Assembly (NCBI GenBank): GCA_045114745.1
Contig: JBGULD010000060.1
Location: 676-64,675 of the forward strand
Length of the DNA: 64,000 nt
DNA from: Bacilli bacterium
GTDB taxonomy: Bacteria; Bacillota_I; Bacilli_A; RFN20; CAG-826
Direction: 5' to 3'
The notes beneath the pieces were generated by a model. That model was not told the origin of the DNA. It ran no database searches and was given only the letters and a program-made list of their open reading frames with translations. A program made the position numbers and the translations under genes. Position 1 is the stretch's first letter. Every line of letters begins with the position of its first letter. Of this stretch, positions 48,211 through 58,149 are shown piece after piece.

Positions 48211-50538
48211 TTACGTTGATGGTTTTGTTCCTTTATAGAACTCAATCATTGAGAAGGAAACTTTTCTACCACATAAAGCAATACCTAAGTTGTTTGTTTT
48301 TAGACCAGTCAATGTTTGTGTCATGGTGAATACATTTGTGTATCCTTCTGCTTTTCCAATATATTTGTAGGAAATGGTAATTCCGCTACCCTGTTTTGTG
48401 ATAGTTAATGTGACGTCGACATCAGAGAAGTAGGCTTTCATAAATGTCTTCCAATCACTAGATACACTGGTAATGTAATTGCTGCCACTTGTTTTGCTTG
48501 TATAAATTGAGTCAGATGTTGAGGAATTGCCACTGGCATCATAACTATCAATGCACCAATCACTTCTTGATTGGATAAATGCCGCTGCAACTTTGTTATT
48601 AGAGATGCTGTAACTTTCTCCACTATAAGCTGTAGTTGCATCATAGATATATAGTCTTACATGACTGAGGTAAGAATCTGAAGCGGTATCATGGGCGCTT
48701 CCACCTTTTTGATTGAATACTACAGTATAAGAGAAGTTACCAGTAGCGCTATGGACGAGCTTGGTCCAGTTAGTTGGATTCATCGCTGCAGTTCCAGTAG
48801 ATAGGCTTGTTGCATCTTTAACCACCACTGTGCTTGTTAAATCTTCATAATCGGATTCTGCTTCCTCATCATAGATCCAATTTTCACCATCATAATGAGC
48901 AAAGCCATCTTTTGTGATTGCGATTGCTACATTAATGTCTTGTTTTGCTCTAGCAGGAGAAGCAGCCCAACCAGCTGCCGGATTAAATCCAGGACCAAAC
49001 GTCAACAAATCATCGTAATCAAATGTTAATGTTTGGAAAGAAATAAAGACTTCAAATTTAATATTGTAGAGATTTGTGACACTATCGAATGTCGCATTAG
49101 TAATGTAATACTGATCGAAGTTACAACCATTTTTAGAAATATAGAATTGTCTGATGACTTGGATTTGTTCAGTGTGTCCAAAATAGCATTCCCAGTTATC
49201 GACATACCACCAACTGGTGCCATCAACATTCTTCAATGTATCGACATAATAATCCGCAAAAATATAGGCGCCTTCATAAGTCCTTGAACAATAGAAATTT
49301 ATGTAATTCGTGGCGTTTTTGCTGAGTTTATAAGGATGTTTCTTTACATTTTCGGTATAAATCGAATCATTCATAACACCATCGATTTCCACTGTAGATG
49401 CAGGCTCTAAAACAACAAATGTCATCACAAAACTGAGGTCGGTATTGTAACTAACATTAACGGTGCTAACACCTTCGGATTTAGCTAAAACTCTGCCACT
49501 TGAAGATACCTCAATAACATTTTCATCTTGAGCGACATACCCTATTTTGCTCCTATCGAAATTAAGCGGACTAGCCTTTGCCACTATGTCATATGTCTCA
49601 TCCACTAATAAGGTTTTGTTGAGTTCATCTGAATATAATCTTGTTGGTGTGACAAACGTTGATTTAATATCGTCACCTAATAAGTAAGAAATGTTTTTCA
49701 CATATAGGTCAGCGTTTTGACTAAAGATGCCCACTTTGACATTTTGATCACCAAAAGAACTACAAGAGAATCTCTCATAACACATTAAACAATCATCGCC
49801 TTCACCATAAATGCATAACTCATCATCAACTTTACTAATCGCTAATGTGTAATAAGTATCTTCTTGGATAACGTGATTGTAAGGAAGAACGACTTCTTCT
49901 TTTTCAGAACCATAAGAATGATAGAGATATGGGTATCCGGTGTATTTAAAGACCTCTTTAGCGTCGACATATAATAGTTCGCTATTAGAGTCCATTTCTT
50001 CGCCACTAGTTAAATAGAAACCACATTTGCCATCATCAGCTTTGATTTTAAATTTGGCTTCGCAATAGAAATTCTTGGTTTTGAAATTTAAAGCCACTTG
50101 CATACCTTCTTCAGTGAAGTGAATGCCATCTTTATTTATTTTTGAAAAGTCCACTATATCATCACTGTGATAATAATCAATGACATTTGGATGAACGATA
50201 AAGGTTATTTCATCGTAGCAACTTTCGTTGTTAGCATAAGCCGCTCTAATATTGACGGTTTTTATTTCATCAACATCTTTAAAAGTAACGGTGGAGTTTT
50301 CTACGGTAGCAACATTTTCATCGTTACTAGTCCATTTAATGGATTTTCCAATCGGATTAGTGGATACGAAAAGTTCATAGGTGGATTTGCCATAAACATT
50401 GATGTTGTTTTGATCTTCAATGTTGACTTTGACATTTTCTGTTTCTTCATCACCACTAACATCACTAATGTTTTTGTTTGTGGAACAAGCACCTAAGATT
50501 AAACAAATAATTGGGAGTAATAATAATTTGACTTTCAT
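48211..50538 (-). CDS. Large lipoprotein: Big_2-like Ig domains + LamG-like + CBM9-like + C-terminal beta domain
   Basis: Lipobox LGAC; STYELFVSTNPIGKSIKWTSNDENVATVENSTVTF (Big_2-like, a second copy near VAQDENVIEVSSSGRVLAKSEG); VEIDGVMNDSIY..DNWECYF (CBM9-like); C-terminal region resembles the C-terminus of the 51706 gene. Confidence 0.6.
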   Translation of the reverse strand: MKVKLLLLPIICLILGACSTNKNISDVSGDEETENVKVNIEDQNNINVYGKSTYELFVSTNPIGKSIKWTSNDENVATVENSTVTFKDVDEIKTVNIRAAYANNESCYDEITFIVHPNVIDYYHSDDIVDFSKINKDGIHFTEEGMQVALNFKTKNFYCEAKFKIKADDGKCGFYLTSGEEMDSNSELLYVDAKEVFKYTGYPYLYHSYGSEKEEVVLPYNHVIQEDTYYTLAISKVDDELCIYGEGDDCLMCYERFSCSSFGDQNVKVGIFSQNADLYVKNISYLLGDDIKSTFVTPTRLYSDELNKTLLVDETYDIVAKASPLNFDRSKIGYVAQDENVIEVSSSGRVLAKSEGVSTVNVSYNTDLSFVMTFVVLEPASTVEIDGVMNDSIYTENVKKHPYKLSKNATNYINFYCSRTYEGAYIFADYYVDTLKNVDGTSWWYVDNWECYFGHTEQIQVIRQFYISKNGCNFDQYYITNATFDSVTNLYNIKFEVFISFQTLTFDYDDLLTFGPGFNPAAGWAASPARAKQDINVAIAITKDGFAHYDGENWIYDEEAESDYEDLTSTVVVKDATSLSTGTAAMNPTNWTKLVHSATGNFSYTVVFNQKGGSAHDTASDSYLSHVRLYIYDATTAYSGESYSISNNKVAAAFIQSRSDWCIDSYDASGNSSTSDSIYTSKTSGSNYITSVSSDWKTFMKAYFSDVDVTLTITKQGSGITISYKYIGKAEGYTNVFTMTQTLTGLKTNNLGIALCGRKVSFSMIEFYKGTKPST

Positions 50539-50542
50539 ATTC

Positions 50543-51703
50543 TTACTCCTTATAAACAGATTCTGTTACTGAGAATTTATTCATTTGTGAATTCATGACA
50601 GACTCAATAGCAATCATCTTTTGTTTTTGAGTTACTCCGTCTGGACGATAAATAATATCCGATGGATTCTTTCCGGATAAAGTAACGACGAAACTCATCG
50701 CCGCAATATATCTTCCCAAATCATATGTTAAGTGAGATAAATCACGACTTAATCCATCCCCCAAATATGATGAACGAGCATTTTGAATCGCAGTTCCTGT
50801 AGGGATTAATTTATATATCTTTTCATTCGGTTCAATAATGGTTTTATAAACATTTTGTTGTTCGCTATACATTCTGATTTGTGAACCACCAAAATTCGTG
50901 TCCATTAAATCACCTGGTTCACAATAAAATTGACTATAGGCCCATGTACCCATATAAACAATTTTGGTGTAACTTGGAAGATTATCTCTAAGCAAATCCA
51001 AATATGGATTTAGGATAGTAAATGTCGATGGTATACCAGAATTAGAACCTTGTTGGTGAATAACTGCAAAGTCCCATCTAGTATTGTTATAATTAATCGC
51101 TTCTTGAATCGAATAATTAGAGGTAGTTTGCCAAACACCATTACTATACGTTCTAAAATCATAAGCTTTGTTATTGTTGAGCAAGTTGTTGTAGTGAGTA
51201 TCTAAGGTGCAACCACCAATATATAAATTGGCCACCATAAAATCCAAACCTAAATCTTTTGCCACTTCATGAGACCATTTAACGGAATCATCGCCATGAG
51301 AATTGCCTATCCACAAAACATTAAATTTTTTAAGTGGTTTGACATTAACGGTGTAGTTAACTGAACCATTTACTTCTGGAACAGATAAAGTTATTTGATA
51401 TTGTCCTTCATGATACTGATCATATGAAGAATAGTTAACGTCATATTTATCATCGTCAATAAGAAACTTGCTTCCATCTGAATAATGGGCAAGCACTTTC
51501 ATATCTTCGCTAAGAGAAAATGGTTCGTCTAATTCATATGTTGTTTTTGGGTCAACAACTTCAAGATGATCAAAAACGGGCTGTGTAACGTCTTCGCTTT
51601 CACCACTAGATGACGATGAATTAGAAGATGAAGTGTTTTTCGTTGTGCACGCAAATAATAAAGGTATAAGGAAAAGAGAATATACTATCTTAAAGCATTT
51701 CAT
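50543..51703 (-). CDS. DUF4886-like (SGNH-fold) esterase lipoprotein
   Basis: Lipobox LFAC; FNVLWIGNSHGDDSVKWSHEVAKDLGLDFMVANLYIGGCTLDTHY and DLSHLT. Paralog of the 20036 gene. Confidence 0.7.
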   Translation of the reverse strand: MKCFKIVYSLFLIPLLFACTTKNTSSSNSSSSSGESEDVTQPVFDHLEVVDPKTTYELDEPFSLSEDMKVLAHYSDGSKFLIDDDKYDVNYSSYDQYHEGQYQITLSVPEVNGSVNYTVNVKPLKKFNVLWIGNSHGDDSVKWSHEVAKDLGLDFMVANLYIGGCTLDTHYNNLLNNNKAYDFRTYSNGVWQTTSNYSIQEAINYNNTRWDFAVIHQQGSNSGIPSTFTILNPYLDLLRDNLPSYTKIVYMGTWAYSQFYCEPGDLMDTNFGGSQIRMYSEQQNVYKTIIEPNEKIYKLIPTGTAIQNARSSYLGDGLSRDLSHLTYDLGRYIAAMSFVVTLSGKNPSDIIYRPDGVTQKQKMIAIESVMNSQMNKFSVTESVYKE

Positions 51704-51705
51704 GC

Positions 51706-52836
51706 TTATCTAACTCCCGAAGAAGATGTTGATAATAAATCAAATGTGGTTAGCGCGGACCAGTTTCCAATGCCAATTGCCATACCGATATTTGTTGCAT
51801 CAAATATAATTCCGACATCTCTAGTAATGGTATAAGTGATTGTAATATCGTTTTTGCCTTCAACATTTGTGTCAATAAAGAGAACACAAGTAAATTTTTG
51901 TCCACCGCCTTCAGTATTGACGAGAGACATTGTATAAGTCGCAACTGCATCTTTAGTTGCGTTGTTGAAATTCGTATTATCCCCATAGTTAACAGCATTC
52001 TTCGCACCGGTTGATGCCGATAACCAGCTATCAGCGTTGCCAATGGCTTTTTCGGTATTTGTTCCACCTACCATGGTTGTATGATAGGAATCTGCTCTAA
52101 TTTGATAGAAGGAGTTTTTGCAATATCCGGATGTTGTTTGAATGGCAAAATTTTCATCATATAAATCATCGGCATTATAAATAAAGAAACGAGGTCTTTG
52201 AACACGATCGCTACCCGTATAAATCCAGCGCATTGAAAATTCGAACTCGAATTCATTATGTGGATCTAAGTCATGAACCAAAACATTCCAACTCGCAGCT
52301 TGATTCCAGTTGCTGCCCTTGACTAATGTCGGATAGGAAATTTCGGTACAAGAATAATCGCCAGTAATACTTGTAATAACGGAATTGGTTACTGCTTCAA
52401 GTTTAAAATAGGCGGTGTTGGTGAGATCAAACACTTTACTGCTAGAACTAATCTCAAAAGCTTCAATATGAGAATATCCTTCAAAACCGGTATGTAATTT
52501 GAATGAACCGGTTCCCACAACAGTGAGAGTAGTTAAATCCAATAATTCTTCAACATTTTGAATATATCCACCAGCGGTTAAAGCCATATGGTTATTTGTG
52601 GAAGCACTGGCTCCAACATAATTAAATTTCAAAGCATTGCCTTTCTTTGTGGAAACTACTGAAACATTCTCTCCATAAGAAGCGGGTGCATTATCACCAT
52701 CTAAAACAAATTGATATTCAGTATCCGCTTTAACTGTTCCTAATAATCCTTTTTTGTTATTTGCTAATAGACATGTTACGCCGACGGCTAAAGATATAGT
52801 CATCAAACTAGCAAAAATAATTTTCTTTGTTTTCAT
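51706..52836 (-). CDS. Signal-anchored protein: shared N-terminal module + C-terminal beta domain
   Basis: Start set to MKTKKIIF (52836), 7 nt from GGGGGAG; ..GNALKFNYVGASASTNNHMAL..ITGDYSCT; C-terminus ends ..NIGMAIGIGNWSALTTFDLL. Confidence 0.6.
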   Translation of the reverse strand: MKTKKIIFASLMTISLAVGVTCLLANNKKGLLGTVKADTEYQFVLDGDNAPASYGENVSVVSTKKGNALKFNYVGASASTNNHMALTAGGYIQNVEELLDLTTLTVVGTGSFKLHTGFEGYSHIEAFEISSSSKVFDLTNTAYFKLEAVTNSVITSITGDYSCTEISYPTLVKGSNWNQAASWNVLVHDLDPHNEFEFEFSMRWIYTGSDRVQRPRFFIYNADDLYDENFAIQTTSGYCKNSFYQIRADSYHTTMVGGTNTEKAIGNADSWLSASTGAKNAVNYGDNTNFNNATKDAVATYTMSLVNTEGGGQKFTCVLFIDTNVEGKNDITITYTITRDVGIIFDATNIGMAIGIGNWSALTTFDLLSTSSSGVR

Positions 52837-52874
52837 GAAATTCTCCCCCACGAAAAGTTATTTGATACAAGTTC

Positions 52875-52938
52875 ATTTTAAATAGTTCAAAAACGGCATA
52901 CAATTGACATTATTGCTAAAAAAGGGCAATATTTTGCT
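52875..52938. promoter_or_regulatory. Back-to-back divergent promoters with conserved TTGCTA direct repeats (cassette 2)
   Basis: Plus strand TTGACA (52904-52909)-N17-CAATAT (52927-52932)-6 nt-ATG. Minus strand TTGTAT (rc of 52898-52903)-N17-TAAAAT (rc of 52875-52880). TATTGCTA at 52911-52918 and TTTTGCTA at 52932-52939. Confidence 0.6.
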
Positions 52939-54699
52939 ATGAGTGAAAACAAAATTTACGCATTATTTAGCAACATAAAATATATCTATCACCAAGAAGA
53001 TATTGTCTACTCTCCGTTTTTATATGACATTAGACGAATATTGATTGGGGAAATGAAACCAAATGAGGTTGTCTATTTTGAAAAGAATTTTTCTCAATAT
53101 ATTTTTGTAAATGTGAGAAAAGGCGCTATTGAGATAAAAGAAAAAAATTGCAAAACAATCGTTAGAGCAAATAATGGTTATTTTTATCAGCAATATGGTG
53201 ATACTGAATGGAGATGCATTTCTGAAGAAAATGCTGAATGTTGCTATGTAGCCATAAAGGGGAATAATGTTTCTCTTATTTATAGCGAATATAGAAAAAA
53301 AGAAAATGGAGTTATGGAAGTAAATTCCAGACTAGCCGAAACTCTAGAAAATATTTTATTAGAAACCAAACAAACACAAGTTAATAAACAACAAATATCT
53401 GTCTATATTTATTCTCTTCTATTACAGCTTGTGAAAACCGAAGGTTCAAAAAAAGAAAGAATCACCGCAAAGTCAATTGAATATATCGAAAAGAATTATC
53501 AAAACGACGAACTATCAATTGAAGATTTAGCAAGGAATTTAAATATCTCTTATTACTACTTCTGCCACTTATTTAAGCAAGAAAATCTCATATCACCACA
53601 AAAATACCTTTTGAAATATCGCTTAAACAAAGCATTAGAACTATTAAAAGAAAGTGATTTATCAATTGAAGATGTTTCAATTAATGCGGGTTTTAAAAAC
53701 AAAAAAGCTTTAGTGAAAGCGTGTAAGGAAGAGACGGGGTTATTGCCTTTTAAATATCGTAAAGTCAATAAAACAACACCGTTAAAAGCAAAACAAACCA
53801 AGAAGATATTATTCACAAATGTCAGCAATATAGGCGATCCATTTATTATTGTTGAAAATAAGAAATACTATATGTTCACCACGACTAGGAATGGTGCCAA
53901 CTTCAATTGCTATGTCAGTGAAGATATGAAATATTATGATTTTGTTGGCGAAGTACTAAATAAGAATAAAACTTTTGGAAAAACAGATTTCTGGGCCCCA
54001 GAAGTTATTAAATATAACGGGGAATTCTATTTGTTCTATTCCGCAAGAACTGAAAGTGGCATCTTCCACATCAATGTCGCCAAATCAAAAACTTTAGAAG
54101 AACCATTTGAGGATTGGTGTACTGATAGGCTACTACTCAATCTTGATAAGTCCACGATTGATGCACATCCTTTTATAGATGATGACGGTAGAATTTATCT
54201 ATTCTTTTCCATGGATTGTTCAACAAACATCATAGATGGAAAACATGTCTCTGAAATATATGTTGTTGAATTAAACAAAGAACTAAATGGGACAATTGGT
54301 GAAATTATAAAAGTGTCATCGCCGACGGAAGAATGGGAAAAACTATCATCTAATGACTACTACTGGAATGAAGGCCCAAGCATTGTTCATCTAAATGGAA
54401 TATATTATTTGACTTATTCAGCGAATTATTTCGGTGATAGAAATTATTGTGTTGGTGTGGCCACAAGCAAATCAGTCCTTGGACCATATGAAAAGAAAAA
54501 AGATGGACCGATACTTAAAAAGATTAATAATGTCATTTCAGGACCTGGTCATTGTTCATTTTTCTATGACAATAAGAATAATTTCAAATGCGTATATCAC
54601 ATTCATTCCAATCAAGTACAAAATAGCGCGGATCGTCGTGCATGTATATCGTCCGCATTTATTGATTCAAATAATGAATTAGTAATAGATTATAAATAA
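52939..54699 (+). CDS. Three-domain regulator: cupin-like sensor + AraC-type HTH + C-terminal GH43 domain (paralog of the 46444 gene)
   Basis: 586 aa; LSIEDLARNLNISYYYFCHLFKQENLISPQKYLLKYRLNKALELL; identical junction LKAKQTKKI.FTNVSNIGDP; GH43 motifs IGDPFIIVENKKYYMF, FWAPEVIKYNGEFYLFYSA, TIDAHPFIDDDGRIYLFF, WNEGPSIVHLNGIYYLTYSA. Confidence 0.85.
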   Translation: MSENKIYALFSNIKYIYHQEDIVYSPFLYDIRRILIGEMKPNEVVYFEKNFSQYIFVNVRKGAIEIKEKNCKTIVRANNGYFYQQYGDTEWRCISEENAECCYVAIKGNNVSLIYSEYRKKENGVMEVNSRLAETLENILLETKQTQVNKQQISVYIYSLLLQLVKTEGSKKERITAKSIEYIEKNYQNDELSIEDLARNLNISYYYFCHLFKQENLISPQKYLLKYRLNKALELLKESDLSIEDVSINAGFKNKKALVKACKEETGLLPFKYRKVNKTTPLKAKQTKKILFTNVSNIGDPFIIVENKKYYMFTTTRNGANFNCYVSEDMKYYDFVGEVLNKNKTFGKTDFWAPEVIKYNGEFYLFYSARTESGIFHINVAKSKTLEEPFEDWCTDRLLLNLDKSTIDAHPFIDDDGRIYLFFSMDCSTNIIDGKHVSEIYVVELNKELNGTIGEIIKVSSPTEEWEKLSSNDYYWNEGPSIVHLNGIYYLTYSANYFGDRNYCVGVATSKSVLGPYEKKKDGPILKKINNVISGPGHCSFFYDNKNNFKCVYHIHSNQVQNSADRRACISSAFIDSNNELVIDYK

Positions 54700-54784
54700 T
54701 CTTTTTTAATTAGGAAAAATATTTGAAAAATAGTTATTTTACATAAACAATTTAAATGTATTTATTTTATACAAGGATTTTATT

Positions 54785-56515
54785 ATGGAAGACAAAAAAT
54801 ACCTCAATTGTCCTAGAAGTCAACTAGTCAGAGACAATTATTTAGTCTTGAATGGTGTTTGGGATTTTGCCTTTGATAAAGAGAATAAAGGTGAATCATT
54901 AAAATATCAAAATGGTTTCAAAAAAGAATATGACATCTTAGTGCCTTTCACCTATCAAACAAAAATGTCTGGTATTGGTATTACTGAAAGATGCGATTAT
55001 GTCTGGTATCAAAGAAAGTTTTCCATCAAAAAAGAACAAGACAAAAAATACCTATTACATCTTGAAGGCGCTGACTATATCCATAAAGTCTTCCTTAATG
55101 AACAATTTGTTGGTTCAGATAGAGGTGCCTATCATCGTCACACTTATGATTTAACTTCTCAATTAAAGGATGGGGATAATTTACTAGTCATTAAATGTGA
55201 AGATGACTACTCAGTTGAGAAGCCAAGAGGCAAACAAAGAAGTAGAGATCAAAACTATGAATGCTGGTATGTTGACACAACAGGTCTATATAAATCTATA
55301 TGGTTAGAAATAGTTAATGAAACATATCTCGAACATGTCAAAATGACTCCTTTCCTCAATGAGAAAAAGATATGTTTTGATTTGGTGATACTAGGTAGTA
55401 ATGCATCAGCGTTTGAAGTGAATTTAATGGAAAATAGCCAATTTTTAGAGGTTTTTTCGCAAAAAATTGACAAAAATGAACAATCTTGTTGTTTTGAAAT
55501 CAAACACCAAATTGAACCCTGGTCAGTGGAGAATCCCAAACTATACGAATTGGAACTTTTACTTAAAAATAAGCAAGGTGAAATCATTGATAAAGTTTAT
55601 TCATATGTCGGGTTTAGACACATTGAAGCAAAAGATGGTTTTATCTATCTCAACGGTCAAAAGTTATATCAGAAACTAGTACTTGACCAAGGTTATTGGA
55701 AGGATTCTTCTTTAACTCCTCCCACTATTGAAGCACTAAAAGAAGATATCGTTCTCATGAAAGAATTCGGATTTAATGGATGCCGCAAACACGAAAAGAC
55801 GGAAGATGAAAGATTCTTATTCTATTGTGATTACTTAGGATATCTATTATGGGAAGAATTACCATCCTTCTATAAGTTCTCCGAAGAATCAAAGAAGAAC
55901 TATTTCTATGAATTACCATTTGTCTTACGAGATAACTATAACCACCCATGTATCATTACTTGGACTTTATTTAATGAGTCTTGGGGTGTTAATCAAATAT
56001 TAAATGACAAAGAACAGCAAGACTTTGTTAATGAGATGTATCACTTTGTGAAGAAATATGATCCATATCGATTCGCTATCACAAATGACGGCTGGGTTCA
56101 TACATTATCAGACATCATTACTATCCATCACTACTGCCAAGATGGAGAAAAGTTGTATTCATTCTATAAGGATAAAGAATTAACAATGACTCAAGAAATC
56201 TGGACAGAGCACCACAACGGCGCATTTGCTAAAGGATATAAATATAATGGGCAACCAGTAATTATCTCTGAATTTGGTGGTACGGCATTTATTAAGAATA
56301 CACACGATGGAAATTGGGGCTATGGCGTCGGTGTTAAAGATGATAAAGAATATGTTGAGAGATTAACTTCTTTATTTAAAGGTATTCAAAGAATCGATTA
56401 TGTTTCAGGCTATTGCTACACTCAAGTCAGCGACGTCGAACAAGAAGTCAACGGCTTATTGAATCATGATCATAAACCAAAAATAGACCCTCAATTGTTA
56501 AAGAAGGTCCAATAG
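54785..56515 (+). CDS. Cytoplasmic GH2-family glycoside hydrolase (beta-galactosidase/beta-glucuronidase-like)
   Basis: 576 aa, no signal peptide; LNGVWDFAFD, LHLEGADYIHKVFLNEQFVG, PWSVENPKLYELEL, NHPCIITWTLFNESWG (acid/base Glu), VIISEFGG (nucleophile Glu). Confidence 0.8.
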   Translation: MEDKKYLNCPRSQLVRDNYLVLNGVWDFAFDKENKGESLKYQNGFKKEYDILVPFTYQTKMSGIGITERCDYVWYQRKFSIKKEQDKKYLLHLEGADYIHKVFLNEQFVGSDRGAYHRHTYDLTSQLKDGDNLLVIKCEDDYSVEKPRGKQRSRDQNYECWYVDTTGLYKSIWLEIVNETYLEHVKMTPFLNEKKICFDLVILGSNASAFEVNLMENSQFLEVFSQKIDKNEQSCCFEIKHQIEPWSVENPKLYELELLLKNKQGEIIDKVYSYVGFRHIEAKDGFIYLNGQKLYQKLVLDQGYWKDSSLTPPTIEALKEDIVLMKEFGFNGCRKHEKTEDERFLFYCDYLGYLLWEELPSFYKFSEESKKNYFYELPFVLRDNYNHPCIITWTLFNESWGVNQILNDKEQQDFVNEMYHFVKKYDPYRFAITNDGWVHTLSDIITIHHYCQDGEKLYSFYKDKELTMTQEIWTEHHNGAFAKGYKYNGQPVIISEFGGTAFIKNTHDGNWGYGVGVKDDKEYVERLTSLFKGIQRIDYVSGYCYTQVSDVEQEVNGLLNHDHKPKIDPQLLKKVQ

Positions 56516-56531
56516 TTGTTTATTAATAAAC

Positions 56532-56560
56532 AAAAAACGAATCAGAGTGATTCGTTTTTT
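56532..56560. terminator. Bidirectional rho-independent terminator between the convergent GH2 and GLUG genes
   Basis: AAACGAATC-AGAGT-GATTCGTTT hairpin flanked by an A-run (left) and a T-run (right); the T-run abuts the stop of the minus-strand gene. Confidence 0.75.
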
Positions 56561-58149
56561 TATGCATTGTTGACGTTCTTATAAACCTTGGTATCACCCG
56601 CTAAATCGTAGCCGATGATATAACCATACATCTCAATTGAGATATCATCTTCGATAATATAATGACCACTATTGGTGCAGCCTATTACTGCTGCTTGGTT
56701 ATATCCAACAATACCGCCTAATGAAATAGTTCCAAACTTGGCGATTGATTTAAAGTCGCCTTCGTTAACACAACTCAGTACATATCCAGTTGTGGTTTGT
56801 GAATATCCTAAGACACCACCGACACGATATAATCCTTGGACAAGACCTTGATTAGTACACTGAGAAATTGTGGATGCATAATTACTTCCGACAATGCCAC
56901 CGACACCTCCACTTGAAGAACCAAGTCCATGGACGAATCCTTTGTTAACGCATTGACTAACAGTGAGGTTTGATCCAAGCATCCCAGCGATACCACCAAT
57001 CCAGTAGGAGTTCCTGTGGATATCAGCTTCTATCTCGCCTTGATTTTCGCATCCCTCAATATTTGTGCGGTTATATCCAGATATGCCTGCAACCGCAATA
57101 TCTCCGCAAATATGGCCTTTATTAATGCAATTTGAGATTAAAGCAGCATTTCTTGCATGTCCAACAATACCTGCGACTTTTTCACTTCCAACGACTAAAC
57201 CTTCGTTAGTTGAACTGGTAATGCTGGTGTTGAAATTGTTTCCAATAATACCGCCAGTTCCACCGACAGCGCGGCCACTACCAATGACATCGCCATAGTT
57301 AACGCAATTATTGACACTTGCGCCACTACCACATGTACCTATGATACCGCCTAAACCAGAATAGTTCTGATCTGGATAATCTTTCGCGGTAATGGTTCCG
57401 TAATTCTTACATGTATATAAAGAACCAATCTTATTGCTGGAAACCATGTTGTAACCAATGATTCCACCGACACAGTTCGTGCCAAATGTGGTTCCGCCTA
57501 AATAACTACAATTTGTTAGATTGCCACCAGCATTACACCCGATGAATCCAGCAACATAGTTACCAATAACATCGACATCCCCTTTACTTGAACAGTTAGT
57601 AATATTGCCATAATTGATTCCGGCAAGTAGTCCATAGCATACAATTCCGTCATTTCCGCCTGATAATGAGCCTTCTACGCTAAGATTAGAGATGGTACCT
57701 GAATTAGAATTAAAGAATCCTTTTCTCTCGCCAGTTACGCTCATATTGATGTTTTTAATAATATGATTATTACCATCGAGGTTACCCTTAAAAGAGTTGC
57801 CACTAGTTCCACCACCAATACCTAGCCAGCTTAGATTGTTGAGGTCGACATTAACTTGTAGAACAAAATACTTATTTTGATAATAACTTTTTGATGCTAG
57901 AGAACTTCTAAAATATGCAAGTTCTTTCGCACTATTGATAACGTATGGAGAACCGCTACTTCCGTCTCCACTTGAGAAAGAAGAAGCGGTTGTTCCATCC
58001 CAGACATCGAACACTAATGGTTCTGGGTCGTTATTAAATGTTTCAATAGACTCTTTGTTCGACTCTTTAATTTCGATGGCACCATTAAAAGTTGAGCACC
58101 CAGATGCCAAGAATAAAAATGCTAAAGAGAAGAACAAATATTTTTTCAT
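56560..58149 (-). CDS. GLUG-repeat beta-helix lipoprotein
   Basis: Lipobox ASGC; GSPYVINSAKELAYF..FKGNLDGNNHIIKNI; more than 10 repeats of the type VAGFIGCNAGGNLTNCSY, VGGIIGYN, GGIIGNNFNTSITSSTNEG, VAGIVGHARNAALISNCINKG, IGGIAGMLGSNLTVSQCVNKG. Confidence 0.75.
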   Translation of the reverse strand: MKKYLFFSLAFLFLASGCSTFNGAIEIKESNKESIETFNNDPEPLVFDVWDGTTASSFSSGDGSSGSPYVINSAKELAYFRSSLASKSYYQNKYFVLQVNVDLNNLSWLGIGGGTSGNSFKGNLDGNNHIIKNINMSVTGERKGFFNSNSGTISNLSVEGSLSGGNDGIVCYGLLAGINYGNITNCSSKGDVDVIGNYVAGFIGCNAGGNLTNCSYLGGTTFGTNCVGGIIGYNMVSSNKIGSLYTCKNYGTITAKDYPDQNYSGLGGIIGTCGSGASVNNCVNYGDVIGSGRAVGGTGGIIGNNFNTSITSSTNEGLVVGSEKVAGIVGHARNAALISNCINKGHICGDIAVAGISGYNRTNIEGCENQGEIEADIHRNSYWIGGIAGMLGSNLTVSQCVNKGFVHGLGSSSGGVGGIVGSNYASTISQCTNQGLVQGLYRVGGVLGYSQTTTGYVLSCVNEGDFKSIAKFGTISLGGIVGYNQAAVIGCTNSGHYIIEDDISIEMYGYIIGYDLAGDTKVYKNVNNA